Shown here: piece by piece, positions 39,639 through 48,622 of the stretch
How the letters are laid out: every line of letters starts with the position of its first letter
Position numbering within the stretch: the stretch's first letter is position 1
DNA from: Trueperaceae bacterium
GTDB taxonomy: Bacteria; Deinococcota; Deinococci; Deinococcales; Trueperaceae
Direction: 5' to 3'
Assembly (NCBI GenBank): GCA_965213705.1
Contig: OZ243913.1
Span: 3,616,001-3,680,000 of the forward strand
DNA length: 64,000 bases
The notes under the pieces: model-generated
What the model was told of the DNA's origin: nothing
Database searches by the model: none
What the model saw: the letters and a program-made list of their open reading frames with translations, nothing else
Position numbers and translations under genes: made by a program

Positions 39639-42209
39639 ATGAAACGGATTTTGTGGGGCAGCTTAATAGTTTTACTCTTGGCAGCTTGCGGAACCAGTAA
39701 GCCAGACCTGCCGCAGGCTACAAATACTTTCAACTTCACCGTCAACCCGGCGGCGCAGAGCGTTGAACTCGCTTCGACACCTGCGGCTGGATTGACCGCT
39801 CAAGCCGAGGACGGTAGCCGCGTTCTCAAACCCGCCACAGAACTGAGCTTGGAGTCTTTCACATTTACTTTCTTGCCAGGTAATTTGCTCGCCATCGACG
39901 CGGTTTTCAAAAACGTCTCAGACCAAACGTTTACCAACCTGACGTTCAGTAGGGCGGCGGGCTCAGACGACATCGTCAGCTCGACTGAGCCGAACGTGGT
40001 CGCAACCTTGGCACCTGGCGCGTCCACCGGCACGCTGCGCTTTACGGTACAGCATAGAGGCCAACCTTTTACCTATGCGGTAGAGGCTAGGGCGACCGTG
40101 GGGATGACGGGAGGGGCTGGCTGTACCGACCCGGTGAACATTCCTGACCGTTTTTTGAAAGAAGGTACACGCATCCAGCTTCAACTTCAAGACAGCGAGA
40201 TTACCTGCGCGGACATGGAGAGGTTGACCGAACTCGACATCTATGAGTTAAGGGACGACATTGATGAAGAATTTCCCGAGCTGGTTGATGTCGGTACTCT
40301 TGAAGGGCTTCAGTTCGCGGTAAACCTCGAGTTCCTGGCGCTGCCTATTAACAGTAACAACAAAGACCTGCTCCAACCTTTGACGGGGCTCACAAGTCTC
40401 ACGAAACTTAGAATCGGCTTGTCCGGTGGGCGTCTTGACAACATCGACATTCCAGAGGAGTTTGAGAATTTTTACAATTTCAGCTACCTCGGCAGTTTGA
40501 TCAACTTGACTGACCTGAGACTATTCGCCTACCAAACGGATTACAGTTGGATAAGCAGTTTGACTAAGTTGACGACTCTCGACCTCAGCTTCAACGAACT
40601 CATAGAAGACTTGACTCCGTTCAGTACCCTGACCAACCTGACCGACTTCAACCTGTCTACCAACTCAGTCAGCGAGTTAGGTCCTTTGGTCTCAAATCCC
40701 GGCATCGGCGAAGGTGACGACCGGCTCGACTTAGACCAGAACTGTTTAGTTCTCACACCGGGGTCGGAAGACCTCGAGGCTGTCAATACCCTGGAGAGCC
40801 GCAACCCGGACGTTCAGAACGTTTTCTTAGGCACCCAAAAGAAGGACGCCTTTTGCGGCAGGACGCCCGACAGCGGCGCTGACCTGAGTCTGTTCGTCAA
40901 CGCTTTTAAACGTGGCGACGACGGCTTCGGCACTGTCGACACCGTGCAGGTCGGGGATGTTGTGGAATTCGTCGTAACCATTGATAACAACGGCCCCGAC
41001 ACGGCGTTCGACATCGTTGTCACAGCTGAGGTTGATAATGCCGCCGGACTCGAGTCATTTACATTTGAGGCCGTTGCTGACTCCAACTGCGACACCGTGC
41101 TAGACGGACCCGAAACCTACAAGCTGGTTTGCACTTTGACAGAAGCGTTGCCCGCTGGTGGTGAGGTTGGTCAAGTAGACCCTAGATTCTTCCTCGGTTT
41201 CGCAGCCGAGGCGGACAACGTCGGAACCATGACCGCGCGGTTTGAGGTATCTTCTAATACTACCAACGACTTCGATTCGTCCAACAACGATGATGTTAAA
41301 GAGATTAGTGTTTTGCCGGAGAACTCCGGCGATGAGTGTACCGACCCCGTGAATATTCCCGACGACACCTTGAGGCAATCCATTCGTGATGCGTTGAACA
41401 AGCCCGAAGGCGACATCACTTGCGCAGACATGGCGAGCTTGACCGAGTTGGTTTCACGCATCGAAAACGAGGTTGACCTCGAACAAATCGGCAACCTGGA
41501 AGGCATTCAGTTCGCAAAGAATCTCGAAACACTTGATTTTTTCGTCTCATGCTGCGAAGTAGTTCCCGACTTCTTCGAACCCCTGAGCGGTCTCGCCAAC
41601 CTGACTACCTTGAAAATTTTCAACATTCGGGACTTTCAGGAACTGGACTTTGACGACCTGGACTTCAGTCCTTTAGGTAGTCTCTCCAACCTTACCGTCC
41701 TCAGCCTTCCAGAAACCCAAGTAAGTAATATCGACTTTTTAAGTGGTTTGACCAACCTGTCCACCCTCGACCTTTCCGACAACGTCATAGACGACTACAG
41801 TCCCTTGAGCAACCTGACCGCCCTGAAAAAGCTGGACCTTTCGTCGGACAGGTTGTACTTAGAGTTTTTCGGAGTTGAGGACATCGGCTTTCTGAGTGGT
41901 CTTACCGCTTTGACCGACCTCGACCTCTCGAGTAACAACGTCAGTGACCTCAGTCCGTTGAGCGGCCTCACCCAGTTGGTCAATCTCGACCTTTCTTCCA
42001 ACCTCGTCACTGACATCAGCCCTTTGGTCATCAATGAGGGAATTGGCGACGGTGATGATGAACTTGTCTTAGTGAGCAACTGCTTGGATACGAGTTCGGG
42101 TTCTCAAGCGCTTGGTGACGCTGACACCCTAGAAAGCCGTAACCCAGATGTTCAGAATGTCTTCCTGGGAATGCAAGGAGATGATGAGGCTTGCAGCCAG
42201 GAAAACTAG
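39639..42209 (+). CDS. Internalin-like LRR lipoprotein 2 (two LRR blocks plus DUF11-like domain)
   Basis: Lipobox LAAC and two capped LRR blocks separated by ADLSL...VTIDNNGPD...SNN (DUF11-like). Confidence 0.9.
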   Translation: MKRILWGSLIVLLLAACGTSKPDLPQATNTFNFTVNPAAQSVELASTPAAGLTAQAEDGSRVLKPATELSLESFTFTFLPGNLLAIDAVFKNVSDQTFTNLTFSRAAGSDDIVSSTEPNVVATLAPGASTGTLRFTVQHRGQPFTYAVEARATVGMTGGAGCTDPVNIPDRFLKEGTRIQLQLQDSEITCADMERLTELDIYELRDDIDEEFPELVDVGTLEGLQFAVNLEFLALPINSNNKDLLQPLTGLTSLTKLRIGLSGGRLDNIDIPEEFENFYNFSYLGSLINLTDLRLFAYQTDYSWISSLTKLTTLDLSFNELIEDLTPFSTLTNLTDFNLSTNSVSELGPLVSNPGIGEGDDRLDLDQNCLVLTPGSEDLEAVNTLESRNPDVQNVFLGTQKKDAFCGRTPDSGADLSLFVNAFKRGDDGFGTVDTVQVGDVVEFVVTIDNNGPDTAFDIVVTAEVDNAAGLESFTFEAVADSNCDTVLDGPETYKLVCTLTEALPAGGEVGQVDPRFFLGFAAEADNVGTMTARFEVSSNTTNDFDSSNNDDVKEISVLPENSGDECTDPVNIPDDTLRQSIRDALNKPEGDITCADMASLTELVSRIENEVDLEQIGNLEGIQFAKNLETLDFFVSCCEVVPDFFEPLSGLANLTTLKIFNIRDFQELDFDDLDFSPLGSLSNLTVLSLPETQVSNIDFLSGLTNLSTLDLSDNVIDDYSPLSNLTALKKLDLSSDRLYLEFFGVEDIGFLSGLTALTDLDLSSNNVSDLSPLSGLTQLVNLDLSSNLVTDISPLVINEGIGDGDDELVLVSNCLDTSSGSQALGDADTLESRNPDVQNVFLGMQGDDEACSQEN

Positions 42210-42284
42210 CTGACACAAGCGTTTCTTGACGCGAGGTTTAGTCAGACAGTAGAACATCAGTCGTAAGTAGTGTAAGGAGTAAGT

Positions 42285-42446
42285 GTGAGCAAATACCTAA
42301 AGTCCCAACCCTTGTTACAAAACGTTGCTGAAAACGAAAAAGGCAAGAAAGTTTACCAAACCCCCATTCTCAAAGAACACGGTAGCGCCAAGGACATCAC
42401 CCTGCAAACCTTCTTCGGCACCTTCTCGCCGCCCGCTTCCGACTAA
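42285..42446 (+). CDS. RiPP precursor peptide 2 (53 aa)
   Basis: AAGGAG SD and GTG start. MSKYLKSQPLLQNVAENEKGKKVYQTPILKEHGSAKDITL-QTFFGTFSPPASD. Not in the ORF track. Confidence 0.9.
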   Translation: MSKYLKSQPLLQNVAENEKGKKVYQTPILKEHGSAKDITLQTFFGTFSPPASD

Positions 42447-42454
42447 TCTCCTCG

Positions 42455-42484
42455 GTCCGGTGGCCCCACGCGGGGCTACCGGAC
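42455..42484 (+). promoter_or_regulatory. Conserved hairpin after precursor 2
   Basis: GTCCGGTGGCCCC-ACGC-GGGGCTACCGGAC, with no U tail. Confidence 0.65.
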
Positions 42485-42552
42485 TCATCAGCGTCGTTAC
42501 CACTCGAGCGCCCTGTTGCTTTACAGTAAGCACAAGACATGAAGGAGGAACT

Positions 42553-44640
42553 GTGAAACGACGATTATGGGGAAGCTTTTTGGTGTTGCTTCTGGCCGCT
42601 TGCAGCTCGAGCCCGGTAGACCTGCCGCAGGCCGGCAATACTTTCAGCTTTGCGGTTGACCCGGCGGCGCAAAGTGTCGACCTCGTCTCGACGCCTGCTG
42701 CGCTGAGTAACCAAGCCGAAGACGGTAGCCGCGTCCTCGTACCGGGTGAAGACTTGAGCCTGGAATCTTACACATTCGTATTTTTACCCGGCAACGTGCT
42801 CACCATCGACGCGGTTTTCAAAAACGTTTCAGACCAAACTTTTACCAACCTGAGGTTCAGCCGCGGGGCGGGCTCGAGCAACGTTGTCAACTCGACCGAG
42901 CCGGACGTGGTCGCAACCCTGGCACCCGGCGCGTCCACCGGTACGCTGCGTTTTGAAGTGCAGCACAGGGGCCAAAGTTTCAGCTACGAGGTCGAAGCTA
43001 CCGCGACCGTGGAGACGGGCGGGGCCGACTGCGCCGACCCGGTAACGATTCCGGACGAGGTTCTGAGGCAAGCCGTCCGGGACGCTCTGAACAAACCCGA
43101 AGGTGACATCACCTGCGCCGACATGGCGAGTTTGTCCGAATTGAGCGTGATAGGTCGCCAGGGCGAGAACGGAATTCCTAACAGGTTCGTCGAAAACTTA
43201 GAGGGTTTGCAGTACGCCGTGAACCTGATGACGCTGCAGCTTATGGGCAACCTTACCCTCAACGACGTCACTCTGCTGAGCACGCTTACCGAACTGACCG
43301 ACCTGGACCTGAGCGGCAACCGCATCGGTGATATCGGTCCGTTGAGCACGCTGGTCAACCTCACGAGGCTCGACCTCGGTTTCAACCTGGATATCGAGGA
43401 CGTCAGCCCGCTGAGCGGACTGACCGGGCTCGAGACCTTGGTCCTCAACATCAACCAGATTACCGACCTGGCCCCGCTGAGCACGCTTACAAACTTGCGC
43501 AGGCTCGACCTCGGCACCAACTTTGTTGCCGACCTTGGTCCTTTAGCAACCAACACAGGCGTCGGAAACGACGACGACCGCATCGACCTGAGGTTCAACT
43601 GTTTGGACGTCTCACCGGGTTCGCAAACGCTCGAGAACGTCGCCGCACTGGAAAGCCGCAACCCGGATGTCCAGAACGTTTTCTTGGGAACGCAAAGAGA
43701 GAGTGACGAGGACTGCGGTCGGCTGCCGCCACCGCCTCCCGCCGAAGAGTGTAGCGACCCGGTGAACATTCCCGACGACACTCTGCGAAAAGAACTGCGT
43801 TTGCAACTTCAACTCCTTGAAGACAGCGAAATCACCTGCTCGGACCTGCTACGTCTAACCGAGTTCAGCTATCAAGATATAGACGTCTTCATCACTAATT
43901 TGGAGGGGTTGCAGTACGCCGTCAACCTGATATCGCTCGAGATTGTCGACGGTTTTCTTACAGACATCAGTCAAGTGAGCGGCCTCACCAAGTTAACAAG
44001 ACTGGATTTGAGCCGCAACGAACAAATTAGGGACACCACACCGCTGAGTGGTTTGGTGAACCTCAGATACCTTGACTTAGCGAGCAATGCCATTGAAGAC
44101 GTCAGTTCACTAAACGGTTTGACCAACCTCGAAATCCTCTACCTGTCCAATAACCCTATCAAGCACATAAGGCCACTTAGCGGTCTGACTAATCTCAGGG
44201 AACTTTACCTAAACGGCGTTGCTGCGCTCGAGGACTACAGCGCTCTACAAGCCCTACCCAACTTGCAAGTTCTCAACCTGTCAAACCGGTTTCTTTTTGA
44301 AGATTTGAAAATAGTCGACATCAGCTCTTTGAAAGGGCTTACCAGCCTGACCCAACTGAATTTGTCCGACAATAAAATCTCCGATATCGGTTCGCTAAGC
44401 AACCTGACAAACTTGAGTAGGCTTGATTTATCGGAAAACTTCGTACGTGACCTTAGCCCCCTTGTGGCAAATACAGGTCTTGGGAACGGCGAAGACAGCA
44501 TCGAGTTGGGGAACAACTGTCTGGACACTTCCCCCAAATCACAGGCTTCACAAGATGTTGCAATTATCGAAGCGAGAAACCCATCAGTTGACAATGTTTT
44601 CGGCTTCGATGTTCCGAAGCTACCGTCACAGTGCAATTAA
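42553..44640 (+). CDS. Internalin-like LRR lipoprotein 3 (two LRR blocks)
   Basis: GTG start after AAGGAGG. MKRRLWGSFLVLLLAAC lipobox and two capped LRR blocks joined by PPPPP. Confidence 0.9.
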   Translation: MKRRLWGSFLVLLLAACSSSPVDLPQAGNTFSFAVDPAAQSVDLVSTPAALSNQAEDGSRVLVPGEDLSLESYTFVFLPGNVLTIDAVFKNVSDQTFTNLRFSRGAGSSNVVNSTEPDVVATLAPGASTGTLRFEVQHRGQSFSYEVEATATVETGGADCADPVTIPDEVLRQAVRDALNKPEGDITCADMASLSELSVIGRQGENGIPNRFVENLEGLQYAVNLMTLQLMGNLTLNDVTLLSTLTELTDLDLSGNRIGDIGPLSTLVNLTRLDLGFNLDIEDVSPLSGLTGLETLVLNINQITDLAPLSTLTNLRRLDLGTNFVADLGPLATNTGVGNDDDRIDLRFNCLDVSPGSQTLENVAALESRNPDVQNVFLGTQRESDEDCGRLPPPPPAEECSDPVNIPDDTLRKELRLQLQLLEDSEITCSDLLRLTEFSYQDIDVFITNLEGLQYAVNLISLEIVDGFLTDISQVSGLTKLTRLDLSRNEQIRDTTPLSGLVNLRYLDLASNAIEDVSSLNGLTNLEILYLSNNPIKHIRPLSGLTNLRELYLNGVAALEDYSALQALPNLQVLNLSNRFLFEDLKIVDISSLKGLTSLTQLNLSDNKISDIGSLSNLTNLSRLDLSENFVRDLSPLVANTGLGNGEDSIELGNNCLDTSPKSQASQDVAIIEARNPSVDNVFGFDVPKLPSQCN

Positions 44641-44650
44641 GGAGATGCGT

Positions 44651-44809
44651 ATGAAAAAACCTGATTTGTTTTTCAAGTCCGCCGACGAACAACTTACCGA
44701 AGTGGATAAGCAACCTTATGTGACGCCGGTTCTCAAAGAACACGGCCACGCCAAAGACGTCACCCTGCAAACCTTTTTCGGTACTTTTTCGCCGCCTGCT
44801 TCGGACTGA
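44651..44809 (+). CDS. RiPP precursor peptide 3 (52 aa)
   Basis: AAGGAG SD overlapping the upstream stop. MKKPDLFFKSADEQLTEVDKQPYVTPVLKEHGHAKDVTL-QTFFGTFSPPASD. Confidence 0.9.
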   Translation: MKKPDLFFKSADEQLTEVDKQPYVTPVLKEHGHAKDVTLQTFFGTFSPPASD

Positions 44810-44817
44810 CCGCCCTG

Positions 44818-44847
44818 TTCCGGTGGCCCCACGCGGGGCCACCGGAA
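44818..44847 (+). promoter_or_regulatory. Conserved hairpin after precursor 3
   Basis: TTCCGGTGGCCCC-ACGC-GGGGCCACCGGAA perfect 13-bp stem, with no U tail. Confidence 0.65.
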
Positions 44848-44929
44848 AGTGTGAAATATCTTAAATACGGTATTGGGCGAGCAGCGTGTTATTTTACGGT
44901 TTTGTGAGGGGGCGATGAGGGAGGATGTC

Positions 44930-46444
44930 GTGAAGCGACTTTTTTGGGGTGGATGGCTCGTTCTTTTGCTGGCGGCTTGTGGTGGGCGCGGCCCCGAGGC
45001 GAAGGTGACGGGCGTGTTTGTTTTGAGCGTGGACCCAGGTACACAGACCGGCGAAGTTTCGGTGGTGGGGACGGGTGCGGCCGAGCGGGACGGCGCTCGC
45101 GCGCTCGTTCCCGGCGAGGACTTAGCAGTCGCGGGCTCAGAGTTCGTTTTTCTGCCCGACAACGTCGTCAGCTTGGAGCTGGCTTTCAAAAATGTCTCGT
45201 CTTGCACCTTTAGGAACTTGGCGTTCAGCCGAGGCGCGGACTCCCGAGCCGTGGTGAGTTCGGTCGAGCCCGCCGTTACGAGTGCCGATTTAGGCGGGGG
45301 CGCGCTCGAGCCCGCCGAAACCACGCGCACGTTAACTTTCGGCGTCACTCACACGGGCAAGCCGTTTGTCTACGCCCTCGCGGCCGAGGCCGACGTGACG
45401 TGCGCCCAAGCGGCGAGCGCCGACCTGCAGACCAACCTGGACGCCCGCTCCGGGAGTACCGTCGCCAAGGGCAAGCCTTTTACCTACTACGCCAACGTCA
45501 GGAACAACGGACCCGACGAGGCTGCGGGCGTCGCGCTCACGGTGACGGTGCCGTTTCCGGTCAGCGTGCCGGACGGCTGCAGCCAGAGCGGGAGCACGCT
45601 GACCTGTGACCTGGGCAAAGTCGGGGCGGACGGGAGCAAGGGCGTGCTCGTCACCGGGACGGCCGCCGAAGCGGGTTCGTACAAGGTGTCCGCCACAGTT
45701 TCCGCAGGCACGCCCGACCCGGACTCGCGCAACAACAGCGTGACAAAAACTTTCGAAGTCTCCGTGCCCACCCAAACCTGCACCGGTCCTGTGCAGATTC
45801 CCGACGCGGCCTTGGAGGCCGCCGTCCGCGCCAAGCTGAAGATTCCGAGCGCCGGCTTGACTTGTACGGACATGGCGAAGTTGACAACCCTCAGGGCCGA
45901 CGCCGACGTTGAGAGCGAAGATGACCCGGACCTTATCAGCAACCTGCAAGGGTTGCAGTTCGCAACCAACCTGACCACCCTAAGCTTAAACGACAACAGC
46001 GTCAGCGACTTGGGTCCGCTGAAGGGCCTTACGAAATTGACGGAGCTTAACTTGATTACCAACCGCATCAGCGACCTGGGTCCGTTGAGCGGCCTGACCG
46101 GCCTGAAACGCCTCACTCTCAACTTCAACGAGGTTACAAACCTGACGCCGCTCAAAGGGCTGACGTCTTTGACAGACCTGCAACTCGCCGTCAACCGAAT
46201 AAGCGACGTGACGGCGTTGAGCGGTTTGACAAACCTCAACATTCTGGACCTTTACTTCAACACCGTCACGAACATCAACCCCCTGGTCGCCAACAGCGGT
46301 GTCGGGAACGCGGACGACTTCGTCGACCTGAGCAACAACTGTCTGGACGCGGCCGGTGTCAACGCCGCACGCAGCCTCGAGGCCAGAAGCCCAAACAACG
46401 TCGTGAAGTTCGGCAGACAGGGGGGCGAGCAGTGCACGCCGTGA
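44930..46444 (+). CDS. LRR lipoprotein 4 with DUF11-like domain
   Basis: GTG start after GGAGG. Lipobox LAAC, the shared N-domain, ADLQ...VRNNGPD...DPDSRNN, then a capped LRR block. Confidence 0.88.
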   Translation: MKRLFWGGWLVLLLAACGGRGPEAKVTGVFVLSVDPGTQTGEVSVVGTGAAERDGARALVPGEDLAVAGSEFVFLPDNVVSLELAFKNVSSCTFRNLAFSRGADSRAVVSSVEPAVTSADLGGGALEPAETTRTLTFGVTHTGKPFVYALAAEADVTCAQAASADLQTNLDARSGSTVAKGKPFTYYANVRNNGPDEAAGVALTVTVPFPVSVPDGCSQSGSTLTCDLGKVGADGSKGVLVTGTAAEAGSYKVSATVSAGTPDPDSRNNSVTKTFEVSVPTQTCTGPVQIPDAALEAAVRAKLKIPSAGLTCTDMAKLTTLRADADVESEDDPDLISNLQGLQFATNLTTLSLNDNSVSDLGPLKGLTKLTELNLITNRISDLGPLSGLTGLKRLTLNFNEVTNLTPLKGLTSLTDLQLAVNRISDVTALSGLTNLNILDLYFNTVTNINPLVANSGVGNADDFVDLSNNCLDAAGVNAARSLEARSPNNVVKFGRQGGEQCTP

Positions 46445-46571
46445 GGGACGCCCCGCCGAGCCGCGCCCCGTCGAGCGCCCGCTCGAGACGTGACGCCCAC
46501 CCTCGCCCCCACACGATTTTGCTACCTATTGCCGCCCGTGCCAAACAGGTAGAGGACTCCAGGACACCGTT

Positions 46572-47594
46572 ATGAAAAAACTGAGTTGTTTAGTTCTCGT
46601 CGTTTTGTTGCTCAGCGCCTGCAGCGCACCCAACTCGCAGCCTACCGAACCGCCGCCGACTGAGCCTGTCGACCAGCCGCAGCCCGTCGCCGACCTGCAA
46701 GTCAACTTCGACGAGCGCTCGGCAGACCCCGTCGCCCAAAACGGTACTTTCGAATACTACGTCAGTGTCAGGAACAACGGCAGCGCCGACGCAGAAGGCG
46801 TGCAGCTTACGGTCACAGTGCCCTTTCCGGTCACCGAAGTCCCGCCAGAATGCGGCTCGAGCGACAGCACGTTAGAGTGTGACCTTGGCAACCTCGACGT
46901 GGGCTTTACCGAAGGGGTTCTCGTTTCAGGCCAAGCCGTTGAAGAAGGAATTTTTCTGGTATCAGCAAATGTTTCTGCCGCCACGAATGACCCTGACCTG
47001 AGTAATAACAGCACCACTGAAAGTTTCGAGGTTTTTCTGCCGACATCGCCTTCGGACTTGCAAGGCCGAATTGCGAATTGGTCTGTAGGTGAAGCTGAGC
47101 TGAGCACGGTGCTTTACGATCAAGCGGAAAAGTCTACTAAAGTCGCTTCGGGGACTGTAGGCGCGGACGGAAAGCTCGACATCTTTTTGGGCAAAAGTGT
47201 ACCGGCCGATGTCCTGTCAAGAATTTCCGCCTGTTCGGGGTTGATGCAGACGAACCCGGGCACGCGCCAAAACACCTTCTCGGCTCTTCAGGTCATGCGG
47301 GGTCAGACAGAGGTAGGCCGGGTGGCCCTCGCCTCGAGCCAAGCGGTTCTAACTGAAGGTCTGCGTAAGGTAGGCGACTACTACGTCCAGCAAACCTACG
47401 CGGACGCCGCCAACACGGTGACGGGGAGCTGCGCGCTCGGCGGGGTGGTCGACGCGGTTTTCAAGTATGACCTCAAACTCAACCAGGGTTGGAACACCGT
47501 CACCTTTAAACTCACCAGAAAAGACGGTGACGCCCAAACCCTCGAGCTGTCGTCGGGTACCCCACAAGGGGCCGCCTGGTTTTTCGCGCCCTAA
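46572..47594 (+). CDS. Lipoprotein with DUF11-like domain (no LRR)
   Basis: Lipobox LSAC and ADLQV...VRNNGS...DPDLSNN, similar to the module in 44930..46444. C-terminal YDLKLNQGWN. Confidence 0.85.
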   Translation: MKKLSCLVLVVLLLSACSAPNSQPTEPPPTEPVDQPQPVADLQVNFDERSADPVAQNGTFEYYVSVRNNGSADAEGVQLTVTVPFPVTEVPPECGSSDSTLECDLGNLDVGFTEGVLVSGQAVEEGIFLVSANVSAATNDPDLSNNSTTESFEVFLPTSPSDLQGRIANWSVGEAELSTVLYDQAEKSTKVASGTVGADGKLDIFLGKSVPADVLSRISACSGLMQTNPGTRQNTFSALQVMRGQTEVGRVALASSQAVLTEGLRKVGDYYVQQTYADAANTVTGSCALGGVVDAVFKYDLKLNQGWNTVTFKLTRKDGDAQTLELSSGTPQGAAWFFAP

Positions 47595-47611
47595 ACGAGG
47601 CCGACGAACAC

Positions 47612-48622
47612 ATGCCCGCCGCCCCCAAGACTGCCGCCCCCAAAACTGCCGGCTTGGTCATGGTGGGACACGTTGCCGTGGGGCTCGAGGGTGACGCTAC
47701 CCACCTCGGCGCCTTGTTGGAGGCGTTGGGGCGGCTGTTCGTGCTGGGTTCGGAGCCTACCGCAAAAGGCGTCACTATTCGGCTGAGCGAGTCGGGGTGG
47801 GCGCTCGGGCCGGGTAAAGAGGTCTACAAAGCCGCTGGCTTGCAGGTTGTCGAGACGGCGTCGGGCTTTTATTTGCGCTGCGGCGCGTCGGTGTTCGAAG
47901 TGTCTCCCGGCGTGACGGGGCGGTTGTACCTCGGGCCGGACTTTTGGGAGCACACCTCGTACGAGCGGCGCGAGTTCTTTTTGCTCGGGCTACTCATGCT
48001 GCTGCGCCCGCTGGGGCTGTACGGTTTGCACGCCTGCGGGCTACGCAAACCTGACGTGTGCGGTGACGCGGGCGGTGACGTGGGCGCGCTGTTGGTGGGC
48101 GGCAGCGGCGCGGGCAAAACGACCACCACCTTGAACCTCATCCGGCACGGTTGGGACTACCTGTCCGACGACGCGGTGTTGCTGCGTGAAGCGGGCGAAA
48201 GAGTGGAAGCCGTAGCCTTTCGCAAAGGGTTTTCTTGCACGCCGAAGACACTTCTCGCTTTTCCCGGTTTGCGCGGCGTGGAAGAGTTCGGTGACCCTTC
48301 GGGCAAGCGGGTCGTGGACTTAGGGGCAACGTTTGGGGGCGGTTTCGTACCGCGTTGCACGCCGCGGTTGCTGCTGTTTCCCCGGCTACACGCGGGACGC
48401 ACGGAGCTTCGGCCGCTACCGAACGCGCTGGCCCTCGTCCGGCTCAGCCAGCAGAGTGGCGGCATCATGACGGCCGCTAGGGGGGACAACGTGGTGTCGC
48501 GCGGCCAGCTCGAGCTGCTCAAACGCCTCGTGCGTCAGGCGCAGAGTTTCGAACTTTTACTGGGCGAGGACGCGCTGCACGATTTGTCTTTGGTGAGTAA
48601 GTTATTGGAGGATTCATTCTAG
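47612..48622 (+). CDS. HPr-kinase-related (RiPP-associated) kinase
   Basis: LHACGL, Walker A GGSGAGKTT, YLSDD. Confidence 0.85.
   Translation: MPAAPKTAAPKTAGLVMVGHVAVGLEGDATHLGALLEALGRLFVLGSEPTAKGVTIRLSESGWALGPGKEVYKAAGLQVVETASGFYLRCGASVFEVSPGVTGRLYLGPDFWEHTSYERREFFLLGLLMLLRPLGLYGLHACGLRKPDVCGDAGGDVGALLVGGSGAGKTTTTLNLIRHGWDYLSDDAVLLREAGERVEAVAFRKGFSCTPKTLLAFPGLRGVEEFGDPSGKRVVDLGATFGGGFVPRCTPRLLLFPRLHAGRTELRPLPNALALVRLSQQSGGIMTAARGDNVVSRGQLELLKRLVRQAQSFELLLGEDALHDLSLVSKLLEDSF

Noticed and set aside
42325..42552. N-terminal extension of the 771-aa ORF
   Set aside because: It overlaps precursor 2 in another frame. The true start is GTG 42553, with an SD and lipoprotein signal matching the paralogues.
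44423..44650. 128-aa version of precursor 3
   Set aside because: The extension overlaps the LRR gene out of frame. The SD and paralogue lengths support ATG 44651.
39413..44809. Conventional lasso peptide cluster
   Set aside because: No lasso cyclase in the window and no acidic acceptor residue at core positions 7-9.
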